From an uncultured Thermoleophilia bacterium (GTDB taxonomy: Bacteria > Actinomycetota > Thermoleophilia > UBA2241): a DNA stretch of 64,000 bases. Shown here one piece after another: positions 19,724 to 29,719 of the stretch. A program made the position numbers and the translations under genes. The number at the start of each line of letters is the position of its first letter. Position 1 is the stretch's first letter. A model generated the notes under the pieces. The model made no database searches and was not told the origin of the DNA. It saw only the letters and a program-made list of their open reading frames with translations. The stretch covers positions 3,786-67,785 of the forward strand of contig CAWFDC010000010.1 of assembly GCA_963814545.1 (NCBI GenBank). Reading direction: 5' to 3'.

Positions 19724-21918
19724 ATGATGCCCGGTGCGCCGAGATCAACACCCGTGACCGAGCCCCGTGAACAGAGCGCCGTCCGATGGGCCGAGCGCAT
19801 CGCCGATCTTCTTTGCTCGGGTCCCGTCGTGGGCGCGGTCATGGGGGTGATCCTCTTCGTCCTCGGGGCCCTCTCCCTGGATAAGCTGAGCTACTTCGGC
19901 CACGCGTCCGACGAGCTGCGTCGTCTCGCCATCCGGGTGTACGGCCCGCAGGTGGCCGCCGAAGCGGTGCGCATCCTCGGCCTCTACGTCGCCGTCGGCC
20001 TGGTGGGCGGGCTCCTGTCGAGCGGCTTGAGCCGACTGAGAGACCTCCTCCGGGGCCGCAGACCGACCTCCCGGCTCTGGCGCGTGGGACGTCACCTGCT
20101 CGTCATCGGCGGCCTGCACGGCTACTTCCTCGCCCGCTCAATGGTGGTGTACCCGCAGCTCTACACCGAGACCTTCTACGCGCGCGGAGGCCTCAGGCGG
20201 GAAATACAGGTGTTCCTGACCGACTGGATGCCGCCTGGCCTGCTGGACGCTGGGCTCGCCCTGACCCTCGCGCTCTTCGTGCTGCTCCCCGCGCTGCGAC
20301 TCCTCGGCCGCCTCCGCCTGCCAGCCATCGGCCCACGGCCGCTGGTGGGAGGCGCCGCGATCCTCGGGCTTCTCGCCCTGGCTGTGGGTGCCGCCGGGAT
20401 CTCCACCGCGCCGCGCCGAGCCAAGGACAACCAGGGGCCCAACATCGTGATCCTGGCCGTGGACAGCCTGCGGGCAGATCGCCTGGAGAAGGACCGCTAC
20501 GCGCGCGTGGCCCCCCGGATGCGACGCCTGGCCCGCCAGGGCGTCCGGTTCCAGAACGCCTACGGCACCCTGGCGCGCACCTTCCCCTCCTGGGTGACGC
20601 TCCTCACGGGCCGAGAGCCCCACGACCACGGGATCCGCCACATGTTTCCCACCTGGGAGGCCAGGCGGCGCGCGGGCCTGGCCCTGCCCCGCCACCTGGC
20701 AGAGGCGGGCTACCGCACCGCCGTGGTGTCCGACTATGCTGGGGAGGTCTTCGGGCGTATCGACCTCGGCTTCCACCACGTGGACGTCTCGGCCTTCTCC
20801 TTCTACGAGATCGTCCGGCAACGGGTGATCTCGGCGCACACGCATCTGCTGCCCTACTTGGCCACGGGGCTGGGAAGACGCCTGGCGCCTCCCATGGGTG
20901 GCCTCCCGGAAAACGCCGATCCCCTCCTCTTGGCCGATCGGGTAATCCGGATGCTGGACCGCGTGGCGAAAGGGAAGCGGTTTCTCCTCGTGGCCTTCTT
21001 CTCCGCTTCCCACTTCCCCTACGCGGCGCCCTATCCGCACTACCAGCGCTTCACCGATCGCGACTATCGCGGCCCCTACCGGTATCACAAGCAGCGGATC
21101 CTCAATGAAGGGCCGCCCACCGGAACGGACATCCGCCACATGCGGGGCTTGTACGACGGCTCCGTGTCCGCCGCGGACGAGGCCATCGGCCGGGTGCTCG
21201 ATCACCTCCGGCGGATCGGCGTGGAGAAGAAAACCATCGTGGTGCTGACCGCGGACCACGGGGAGAACCTCTACGAGGCCGGGCTCGGCATGGGGCACGG
21301 CGACCACCTGCGGGGCGACCCGGCCACGCGTCTCCCGCTCACCCTGTACGATCCACGGCAGCCACGCCCGGGCCGCGTGGTGGACGACATCACGCGGGAC
21401 GTGGACCTCGCGCCCACCCTGGCGGCCCTAGTGGGTCGACCCCTGCCGAAGGTGTCGGGGCGGGATTCTCAGGCCCCAGATGGCGGGACAGCCTGGGCCG
21501 AAGGACCGCGCCGCGTTCATGGAGACCGGCCTCTGGTTCACCCACGACCTGCCCGAGGTGGGGGAAGATATGCGCCTGTCCTACCCCCCCGTGCTGGGCG
21601 GCCTGGTGACCATGGACGAAAAGAGGAACGGAGATTCTCGTGCTCTCCCCGCAGTACGAGGAGCTCGTGGTGGCGGCCAAGCACCGCGCCATCCGCACCA
21701 AGGACTGGACGCTCGTCTACGTCCCCCTGCGATCCGGGGTGCGGACCCTGCTCTTCGACGTCAAGCAGGATCCCTTCTGCCTGCAGGATGTCTCGGTCCA
21801 GCACCCCGACGTGACGCAGCGCCTGTCCCGACGGCTCCTCGCCTGGATGCGCGAGGAGCGGGGCTCACTGCAAGTGGGGAGCTACGTGCTGCCCGCTCCG
21901 AGGGCGGGCGAGCCATGA
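19724..21918 (+). CDS. Membrane-anchored alkaline-phosphatase-superfamily ('sulfatase') enzyme, interrupted by two frameshifts
   Basis: N-terminal TM segments, then GPNIVILAVDSLRADRL, ARTFPSWVTLLTGREPHDHG and VLTADHGENL. The frame changes near 21460 (G runs) and near 21620 (A run). The three pieces are ORFs 19631.., 21480.. and 21640..21918. Start taken at ATG 19724. Confidence 0.75.
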
Positions 21919-24575
21919 GGCTCGGACCCCTCCTGCCCCTCGGCCTCGTGCCCGCGGCCACCCTGGCCGTGGCCGGCGCCCTCCTGTGGGCGGGGCAGCT
22001 CCCCGTGCTGGCGCCCCCGCGCCCGCCCCGCATCAGCGACGCAGAGCTCGCCAAGGAGCGGGAGCGAAGCACCATCGCCGTGGAGGCCCAGGGCGAGGGC
22101 CGGTGGGAGGTCCCCGCCATCCGCCTCCTGGATCACCTGGAGACCGCCGACCGGCGCCACCCGGACCTCCTGTCAGCCTATCGCTCCCTGTCCTATGCCC
22201 AGGGAGCCCCGGGGGAGTGGCGCCACTACGTGGACCCCTGGTCCCGCCTCCCCCCGCCCCTCCGGCCCCTGCGGGTGCAGATGAACTTCGCTTCCTATGA
22301 TGTCCAGGGGTACGCCAAGGTCGACCCCGACCCGAAACGCCAGAAGCCGCGCCTGCAGCTCGGGACGGATTGGCGCATGAACCGCACCCCCGGGGTGAAC
22401 GAGATGCGCCTCGCCTTGTTCGCCCCGCCGCCGGCCTCCTTCACCTTCCGAATGCAGCTCCCCCAACGGGCCAGCTTGACCTTCGGCACCGGCGTGCCCT
22501 TGAACGGCCCGAGGGGAGAGGTCACGTTCCTCGTAGAGCTTGAGCTCAAGGACCAACCGCGCACCGAGATCGCCCGCTTCACGGTGAAGCAGGAAGAGCG
22601 CTACCTCTGGCAGGATCGCCGGGTGGACCTCTCGGCCTGGGCCGATCAGGAGGTCCGCCTCACCTTGCGCAGCAATGGCCCCAAAGGCGCCTACGCCTTC
22701 TTCTCGAACCCGGTGATCTGGCGCGCCAAGGCGAGCCACAAGGGCAAGAACATCCTCTTCGTGCTGGTGGACACGCTTCGGTCTGACGCCGTGAAGTCCG
22801 TCTCGGGCGAGCACCCCATCACGCCGAACCTCGACCGCCTGGCCGCCGGGGGCGCGGTGTTCACCCAGTGCCACGCCCTGGCGAGCTGGACCCGCTCGTC
22901 CCTCCTCGGCATGTTCACGGGCGAGCACGTCTCACGCTTCGATCCCCAGCTCAATACGGCTTTCTGGCTACCCGAGCCTCTCAAGCAGCGGATGTACCGG
23001 CGCTGGCCGCGACTGCTCACCTGGCACCTCAGGGAGCAGGGTTACTGGGTGGAGGCCATCGGGAACAACTTCTTCCTGCCGGGCTACACGCCCATCGGGT
23101 TCGACCGGGGCTACGACCGGGTAACTGACATCCGGGCCATCATCCACGACACCCCGGCCATCACCCGGGGCGCGCTGCGCTTTCTCGCCGAGCACCGGGA
23201 CAAGCCCTTCTTCCTCTACCTGCACTACGACGGTCCCCACGAGCCCTACGTAGTGCCTCCGGGCTACGCGGTGAAGGGCGCGAGGGCGCCAGGCGCCCCG
23301 AGCGATTCGACGTGGGAGGTCTACCTCGGCGAGACCCGCTTCACCGACGAGCACCTTGCGCCCGTGTTCGAGGCGCTCGATCGGCTCGGTCTCACCAAGG
23401 ACACGCTCGTGGTGGTGACCGCTGATCACGGCGAAGTGTTCCACGACGCCCACGACGTCATTTACGGGGAGAAGAACCGCACGCGGCACGCCCATGGTTG
23501 GTCGCTCTTCCAGGAGGTCCTCCAGGTTCCCCTCCTGATCTCCCTGCCCGGGGCCGTGCCTGCGGGCCGGCGCGTGGACGCTCCGGTGTCCCACATGGAC
23601 CTCGTACCCACCCTCCTCGAACTCGCCGGGCTCCCTCCCCTCGCAGGTCACGAGGGCCAGAGCCTGGTCCCCACCCTGCGCGAAGGCAAGCCGCCCCAGC
23701 GGCAGGACATCGTGGCCATCGCCAGGAACGTCTTCGCCCTCAGGCAGGGCAAGTGGAAGTACCTCTACCGGGAGCACTTCACCCGCGCCTTCCGGCGCCC
23801 AAATACGCCGACGCAGCAGCACTACTGGCCGGAGGACCTCTACGATCTCGACGCCGACCCGCACGAGACCCGGAACCTCGCCACGGCGCATCCCGAGCGC
23901 ACGCGCCAGATGCGCGAGCGCCTCCTGTCCCTGGTGCTTGGGCAACACGGCAGCGCCACCCCTGGAAAGTCGGATCCCTTCGCCGCCGAGGGGCTGCGGC
24001 TGAGCCTCCGGCTCTGGGGCGGGACCGGACCCCACCTCCTCCGCGGCACCCTCAAGTGCGACGGCCAGGTGGTCGTGCGCGGCTTGCGGGGCCCGAGCTC
24101 CCACGCCGCCTACCAGGGCCAGGGCACAGTGGCCGTGCAGCTCCAGAGCCACCCGGGCCAGCCCGCGGAGGCGGAGCTGGAGTTCATTGGCTGCCCCCCC
24201 GCCAGCGTGGCCCTGGCCCTCCTCCTGGACGGCCGCGCCCTGCGCCCGGACGAAATCTCTGCGGGCCCCATTGGCCTGGAGCTCATCTCCGATCCCACCA
24301 AGCTGCCCCTCACCCGCCTCCCCGCCCTCACGACCCGACGGCCCCCGCCGATCCTGCCCTCGGCCAAGCCGCGCCTGCACCTGTGGCTCGGTTCGAGCTG
24401 GACCGGTGACCTGGATCTCGGCGGCGGCAAGGACGAGGCGGCCCGCCTCGCGGACCAGATGCTCAAGGACGCCGGCTACTCCAAGGGGCCCAGTGGACCA
24501 AACGGCTCAGGGCAGCCTGGGCGGCCGGCACCCAGGCTCGCGCCTCCCCGACCCCGCGCCCAGGGAGGACCCTAG
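21915..24575 (+). CDS. Secreted alkaline-phosphatase-superfamily ('sulfatase') enzyme with long N- and C-terminal extensions
   Basis: ATG 21915 overlaps the upstream stop (ATGA). Signal/TM segment MRLGPLLPLGLVPAATLAVAGALLWA; core motifs NILFVLVDTLRSD, ASWTRSSLLGMFTG and VVVTADHGEVF. 886 aa. Confidence 0.8.
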   Translation: MRLGPLLPLGLVPAATLAVAGALLWAGQLPVLAPPRPPRISDAELAKERERSTIAVEAQGEGRWEVPAIRLLDHLETADRRHPDLLSAYRSLSYAQGAPGEWRHYVDPWSRLPPPLRPLRVQMNFASYDVQGYAKVDPDPKRQKPRLQLGTDWRMNRTPGVNEMRLALFAPPPASFTFRMQLPQRASLTFGTGVPLNGPRGEVTFLVELELKDQPRTEIARFTVKQEERYLWQDRRVDLSAWADQEVRLTLRSNGPKGAYAFFSNPVIWRAKASHKGKNILFVLVDTLRSDAVKSVSGEHPITPNLDRLAAGGAVFTQCHALASWTRSSLLGMFTGEHVSRFDPQLNTAFWLPEPLKQRMYRRWPRLLTWHLREQGYWVEAIGNNFFLPGYTPIGFDRGYDRVTDIRAIIHDTPAITRGALRFLAEHRDKPFFLYLHYDGPHEPYVVPPGYAVKGARAPGAPSDSTWEVYLGETRFTDEHLAPVFEALDRLGLTKDTLVVVTADHGEVFHDAHDVIYGEKNRTRHAHGWSLFQEVLQVPLLISLPGAVPAGRRVDAPVSHMDLVPTLLELAGLPPLAGHEGQSLVPTLREGKPPQRQDIVAIARNVFALRQGKWKYLYREHFTRAFRRPNTPTQQHYWPEDLYDLDADPHETRNLATAHPERTRQMRERLLSLVLGQHGSATPGKSDPFAAEGLRLSLRLWGGTGPHLLRGTLKCDGQVVVRGLRGPSSHAAYQGQGTVAVQLQSHPGQPAEAELEFIGCPPASVALALLLDGRALRPDEISAGPIGLELISDPTKLPLTRLPALTTRRPPPILPSAKPRLHLWLGSSWTGDLDLGGGKDEAARLADQMLKDAGYSKGPSGPNGSGQPGRPAPRLAPPRPRAQGGP

Positions 24576-24578
24576 AAG

Positions 24579-25812
24579 ATGCGTCGCGGGCTCGTCTGCG
24601 CGCTGGTGGGCGGGCTCGTCTGCGCGCTGGTGGGCGGGCTCGGCCTGCTCCTCCTCCAGGGAATCGCGCGCGCCCAAGGGAAGCCCGGCCCCCGCCACGT
24701 GGGCTATGGCGTCACCTTGGGCGGCGACACCTTTCGCATCTGGGGCAGCGTGGGCACCGGGCTCATGCCCAAGGCCGTGTCCATCTCTCCTGACGGCGGC
24801 ACCCTCTACGTCACCAACTTCGGCCACCGGGACAAGGACAACGTCGACGTCATCGACTCCGCCTCTCTCGTGCGGCGCCGGCAGGTGAGCTTCCCCGGCA
24901 ACGCCATCGAGTCAGTGGTCTGCCCCTCGGGACGCTTCCTGTACACCACCAACTACTACGGGAACCTCGTGCAGATCCACGACACCCGTTCTTGGAAGAT
25001 CGAGCACGCCTTCCGGCCGGGGAGCTTCCCCAAGATGATGGCCATCGCCACCGACGGGCCGACCCTCTACGTCACCAACTGGTCCTCGGCCTCCCTGGTG
25101 GCCGTGGACATCGCCACCCGAGAAAGTCACCTGGCAGGTCCGCACCGGGCGGCACCCCCGGGGCATTGCCGTCTCCCCTCGCGGCCGCTTCGTGTACGTG
25201 GCCAACGCCGGTGGAAAGACCGTGTCAGTGGTGGACACCCGCGCCCGAGCCCTGGTGGCGCAGATCCGCACCGACGATCTCCCCCGCCACCTCGCCCTCA
25301 CCAAGGACGGGCGCTGGCTCTACGTCTCCACCATGAAGCGAAGCTACCTGCAGATCATCGACACGAACGCCCGCAAGGTGGTGGCCTCCGTGCCCGTGGC
25401 CCCTGGGCCCCGCACCATCGACCTCTCCAAGGACGAGCGCTTCGTGTACGTGGCCTCCTTCCCAGGCCACTCCCTGTCCATCGTGGACGTCAAGGCCCGC
25501 AAGTCGGTGACCCTGCCCCTGGACATCGAGAAAGGCTCTGGCGTCGTCGTTCACCCCAACGACCGGAAGATCTACGTCACGGGCTGGTGCTCGAATGACC
25601 TCTGGGCCGTGGAGCGCCTCCGGGCGGGCGAGACCCCCGGCCCCCTGGGAAAGGCCGCGCCCCGCCGCTACCGCGTGCACCGGGACCCCCGCACCGCCCA
25701 CGACCTCGGCTGCGGCACGCCCGAGCAGATCAAACGCCGCGAGGAGGCCAAGGCCCGACGCGACGCCGCCCGACGCGATGCCGCCCGCACCCACAGGCCG
25801 CGCTCTCCCTAG
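24579..25812 (+). CDS. YVTN/YncE-like beta-propeller repeat protein, one frameshift
   Basis: Repeated units LYVTNFG, LYTTNYYG, LYVTNWSS, VYVANAGG, LYVSTMK, VYVASFPG and IYVTGWCS. The frame changes near 25120-25126 (gagaaagtc), and the two pieces are ORFs 24579..25598 and 25192..25812. Confidence 0.8.
24588..24635 (+). repeat. Perfect 24-bp tandem duplication (2 copies plus a 7-bp third start) in the signal-peptide coding region
   Basis: gggctcgtctgcgcgctggtgggc occurs at 24588-24611 and again at 24612-24635, encoding GLVCALVG twice. Confidence 0.95.
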
Positions 25813-25957
25813 GACCCGCTTCAGGAACGGTAGCGCCAAGGACGCCGGACCCGCTCCGAACCCGCGCTTGTAAAATACTACCAATGCAGTAGAGTATTAT
25901 CTGGTCTTCACATGCCACGAGTTGCGGCGTGTCGGAGGCCAGGAGAAGAGGCGGCTC

Positions 25958-26650
25958 ATGGATTTGGATCTCTCATCCCTTCCTCTAGCAGCCCGCCGGG
26001 GTGAGCTGCTCCTCGGGTTTTCCGCCCTGGCCCCTGGGGCCCACCTGACCCTGCTCTCACCGGATGCCGCCACCGAAGCCCTTGAGGCGCTACAAGGCGA
26101 GCACCCGGGGCAGTTCGACTGGTGGCCGCTCCTCGACGGCCCCGAGGCCTGGCGGATCCTGGTGGTCCGACGGGATCGCGACTCGCCCCAGAGGCGCCGT
26201 GTACTCGAGTTCATGGACCGGGATCACGAGCGGTTCATCGAGCTCCTCGCCGACGCGGCACTGGCCCTGGACGGCGGCGATTTCAGAGAGGCACGGCGCA
26301 TCCTCCGCTACTTCGGCACCGGCCTCAGAAAGCACGCCCGCATGGAAGAGGAGGTGCTCCTGCCCCTGGTGGCCGAGAAGCTGGGCAGCCCCCGGGGCCC
26401 GGCCATGCTCCTTAGGGATCATCACATGACCCTCGAGACCGAGCTCGATCTCCTGGAGGCGGACTTCTCCCTGTCGGAGGGGGCGCCAGACCCTTCTCTC
26501 GACATTCTGAAGGAGAGGCTCGGCACCTTGGAGGCCGTGCTCAGGGAGCACGTGGCCGCCGAGGAGCGGATCCTCTACCCCGTGGTGGACCACCTGCTCG
26601 ACGCTGCCGAGCGGGACGCCGTAGTGCGGCGCTGCCAGGCGATGATCTAG
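25958..26650 (+). CDS. DUF2249-like domain fused to a hemerythrin-like metal-binding domain
   Basis: ATG 25958 is preceded by aggagaag. The N-terminal ~75 aa are DUF2249-like (LTLLSPDAATEALEALQGEHPGQFDWWPLLDGPEAWRILVVRR). The hemerythrin-type helices follow (DRDHERFIELL, KHARMEEEVLLP, LLRDHH, LREHVAAEERILYP). Confidence 0.7.
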   Translation: MDLDLSSLPLAARRGELLLGFSALAPGAHLTLLSPDAATEALEALQGEHPGQFDWWPLLDGPEAWRILVVRRDRDSPQRRRVLEFMDRDHERFIELLADAALALDGGDFREARRILRYFGTGLRKHARMEEEVLLPLVAEKLGSPRGPAMLLRDHHMTLETELDLLEADFSLSEGAPDPSLDILKERLGTLEAVLREHVAAEERILYPVVDHLLDAAERDAVVRRCQAMI

Positions 26651-27720
26651 GCGCGGAACCTTAACTCAGGGCTCGAGGTAAAGCGGGTTCCCGAGGTCGT
26701 CGAACCGGCGGGCGAGGATCTCCGACTCCGACGACGGTGACGAGCGAGCCCCCCGACGGTCAGGAGCGCGAAGGCCAGGACAAAGACAAGGGAGAAACCA
26801 TCCGCGCCGGAGCTCGTGGTGTGACAGGCGCAGCCGCTGACCATGCGCGGGTCGAGCCGGCCCGAGGAGGCGTCGGGCTCGACGCCGGAATCCCCTTCGG
26901 GCGCCGCATCCTGCCCGACCCCGCCGTCGGTCGTGGCCCCGCCGTCGCCCGCCCCCGCGTCCTCGGAGCAGGGGTCGTCGCAGGCGCCCCACGCGCAGGC
27001 CTGATCGCAGATCCGGGTGCCGCAGAGTCCGCAGTCCTCCTCGGCGTCCGCGTGGCACACGCCCACGTCCTGGCACACCCAGGCGCCCCAGTCACAGCCA
27101 GACTCACAAGAGCGGGTCTCCGTGCCGCAGAAGCCGCAGGCCCGACTCTCCTGGTCTCCCGAGGAGCACTCGCAGACCGCCACGTTGCCGCTGTAGAAGC
27201 GCAGCCCCTGGATGGTGTAGCCGCCATCGGAGATGGTCGCGTAGTTCCAGGCAGGATCGTGGATCTGGTACTCTCCCCCGTTGTTGCCGATGATCACCAC
27301 GAAGTGCATGGAGGTCTGGCTGCTCGTCACATAGGCGATCACGGGGTATCCATTCGCGAGCGCCGTGTCGATGTCGCCACCCGTGCCGTCGTAGGAGACG
27401 CCGTTCGGCATGCAGTTGTTGCTCCAGTAGATCAAACACCCGCTCGCGTAGCCCCCGTTCGAGGTGAGGCAGGCGTTCAGCTCCCCTGGATCCTGCGTGC
27501 CGCCGAAGTACTCGAACACCATGGATGTCGAGGTGACCGCGCAGCCCGCCGAGCACATGGTCTCCGAGCAGGTGCCGAGCGGGTCGCTCCCCCAGGCGGA
27601 GTCGCACTGCTTGTAGGAAGGCACCGTGAGGAGCACGGCCCGGGCCGGCGCCGAGGCGCCGAGCATGCAGAGCGCGAGGGTCGCTCCGAGCGCGATGCGT
27701 CCTGACAGGGCTCTCATCAT
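26647..27720 (-). CDS. Secreted C39-like (papain-fold) peptidase domain, Cys-rich module and MYXO-CTERM-type C-terminal anchor
   Basis: Signal peptide; VPSYKQCDSAWGSDPLG...MCSAGCAVTSTSMV (C39_2-like catalytic Cys context) and MHFVVIIG..YQIHDP; a 20+ Cys module; tail GCACHTTSSGADGFSLVFVLAFALLTVGGLARHRRRS. Confidence 0.7.
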   Translation of the reverse strand: MMRALSGRIALGATLALCMLGASAPARAVLLTVPSYKQCDSAWGSDPLGTCSETMCSAGCAVTSTSMVFEYFGGTQDPGELNACLTSNGGYASGCLIYWSNNCMPNGVSYDGTGGDIDTALANGYPVIAYVTSSQTSMHFVVIIGNNGGEYQIHDPAWNYATISDGGYTIQGLRFYSGNVAVCECSSGDQESRACGFCGTETRSCESGCDWGAWVCQDVGVCHADAEEDCGLCGTRICDQACAWGACDDPCSEDAGAGDGGATTDGGVGQDAAPEGDSGVEPDASSGRLDPRMVSGCACHTTSSGADGFSLVFVLAFALLTVGGLARHRRRSRRSSPAGSTTSGTRFTSSPELRFRA

Positions 27721-27777
27721 GGTATCAGTCTATCCCAAGTGACATCCGAATAGGAAGCCGAGGCTGGATCGGTGGCC

Positions 27778-27835
27778 GGGGGCGGGGCCGGGGGCGGGGC
27801 CTGAGCCAGGGGCGGGGCCTGAGCCGGGGGCGGGG
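27778..27835 (+). repeat. Array of eight G4-G5 tracts (degenerate 12/18-bp tandem units) in a divergent intergenic region
   Basis: ccgggggcggggccgggggcggggcctgagccaggggcggggcctgagccgggggcggggcc. G runs start at 27778, 27784, 27790, 27796, 27809, 27814, 27826 and 27832. Confidence 0.9.
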
Positions 27836-27913
27836 CCAACGTTTTCCCGTTGGTGGAGGCTCCCCGCCGCGATAGGATCGCCGGGCCGGGCCAAGCCCGG
27901 GGGAGCGCGATAC

Positions 27914-29294
27914 ATGCGAGCCACCAGGGTCATGCTGCTCACGGGCCTTTGCGTCCTCGTCACCGCCTGCGGCGACGACGATTCCGGCAGGGATGCTCGC
28001 GCACCCGACGGCGTCGCGCCCGACAGCGCCGTGCCCCAGGACGGGGCGGCGCCCCAGGACGGGGCGGCGCCCCAGGACGCCGGCACCGACCCTGACAGCG
28101 GCACGGTGGTGCCGCCCGAGGAGTGCGTCGCGCTGCCCGCGCCCTCGGGCCCGGTGATCGAGGTGTACCCCACGGACGCCGACACGCTGCGCCAGACGGT
28201 GCTCGACGCGGCCAGCGGCACGACGATCCTCCTCTACGACGGCACGTATGTCATGGACGGCGGCGACGTGAGCCACCGATTGTCGTTCTACACCGACGGC
28301 GTGACGCTGCGCAGTGCCAGCGGCAACCGAGAGGCCGTGATCCTGGATGGCGGATACGTCACCGGCGAGCTGGTCACCATTGCGGCCAGCAACGTGACCA
28401 TCGCCAGCCTCACGCTCTGGCGGGCCTACTACCATCCCATCCACGTCACGGGGGGGCGCCACGGGCGACACCGTGGGGACGCGCATCTACGACGTCCATC
28501 TGATCGACCCGGGCGAGCAGGCCATCAAGATCAACCCGAGCGGAGACCTGACCTACGCTGACCAGGGGCGCGTGGAGTGCTCGCACCTCGAGCTCACCAG
28601 CGCCGGCCGCCCGTCCATCCGCAACAGCTGCTACACGGGGGGCGTGGACGGCCACCAGGCCTGGGGCTGGGAGGTGCGACTGAACCGCATCGAGGGTTTC
28701 TGGTGCGACGACGGCCTGTCGGAGCACGCGGTGCACTTCTGGACCGGCAGCCGCGACACCGTCACGGAGCGGAACGTCATCGTGAACTGCGCTCGCGGGG
28801 TGGGGTATGGGCTGGGGGAGACGGGCGCGAGCCGGGCCTATGAAGACGACCCCTACCCGGGGGTGGGCTACATGGGTCACCTGGACGGCATCATCCGCAA
28901 CAACATGATCTTCGCCGACATCGGCGCCCGGTTCGACACGGGCATCATGCTGGATCAGGCGCGGGGCACCCGCGTGCTGCACAACACCGTGGTGTCCACC
29001 ACGGCGCCGTTCAACTGCATCGAGTGGCGCTTCGACAACACGGAAGTGACCCTGACGAACAACCTGGTGAGCCACAACCTGATGGATCGCGGCGGGGTGG
29101 CCACCCTGTCGGGCAACCTGGAGGCCGCGCCGCTCTCCTGGTTCGCCGACGGTGCCGGGGGCGACTTGCACCTTGCCGCTGGTGCCGGAGCCATTGGCGC
29201 CGGGGCCGCGGTACCCGTCACCTGGTGCGACACCGACCTGGACGGAGACGACCGCTCGGCGCCCTTCGACGTGGGCGCTGACGAGGTGCCCTAG
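27914..29294 (+). CDS. Lipoprotein with right-handed parallel beta-helix (pectate-lyase-like) repeats, one frameshift
   Basis: Lipobox LVTAC. Also GTTILLYDGTY, NVTIASLTL, repeated N-x-V/I turns (ERNVIVNC, IIRNNMIF, VLHNTVVS, TLTNNLVSHN) and a DGAAPQ x3 repeat. The frame changes at the G7 run 28450-28456, and the two pieces are ORFs 27914..28561 and 28473..29294. Confidence 0.7.
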
Positions 29295-29312
29295 ACGGCA
29301 CGGACAGACTTC

Positions 29313-29576
29313 ATGCCGGTAGAATCGATGGACGACCATGCGACCCTTTCGGGGCGCGAGCAGCGCATCCTCGCGGCCATCGCCGAGGCCGCGCTGCCCC
29401 CCGGGGCCATTCTTCCCGGCGCAGGACCCTCCGCGGCCCAGCGCGTCGCTGTGAACCTCGGGTCGCAGCCCAAGGCGTTCGTGCAGGTCTTTCGCGCCTG
29501 GCTCTGGGCCGTGGAGGTCGCTCCCCTCGGCCGGACCGGACGGCGCTTCACGCGCTTGCCCATTGCCACCCGTTAG
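29313..29576 (+). CDS. Small protein preceding the GMC oxidoreductase (possibly longer; ends at an in-frame TAG followed by ~140 nt that still reads protein-like)
   Basis: LSGREQRILAAIAEAALPPGAILPGAGPS... resembles the small partner subunits found with GMC/gluconate-dehydrogenase-type flavoproteins. After TAG 29574 the same frame reads RLVERWLLAPVPWAIAIRV. Confidence 0.45.
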   Translation: MPVESMDDHATLSGREQRILAAIAEAALPPGAILPGAGPSAAQRVAVNLGSQPKAFVQVFRAWLWAVEVAPLGRTGRRFTRLPIATR

Positions 29577-29719
29577 CGCCTGGTCGAACGGTGGCTCCTG
29601 GCTCCCGTTCCCTGGGCCATTGCCATCCGCGTGATTTCTGCACCGTGCTCCAGATGGCGCACTTCCAAACGGTGGAGGTGCACCGGGCGCTCGGCATTGG
29701 GCATTGCCCGGAGCCCGTG

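Noticed and set aside
27778-27835. The G-tract tandem array, and the Ala-codon repeat at 8787-9044, considered as possible CRISPR arrays.
   Set aside because: The units are 12-18 bp with no unique spacers of 25-40 bp, and there are no cas genes. One array is intergenic low complexity and the other is in-frame coding repeat.
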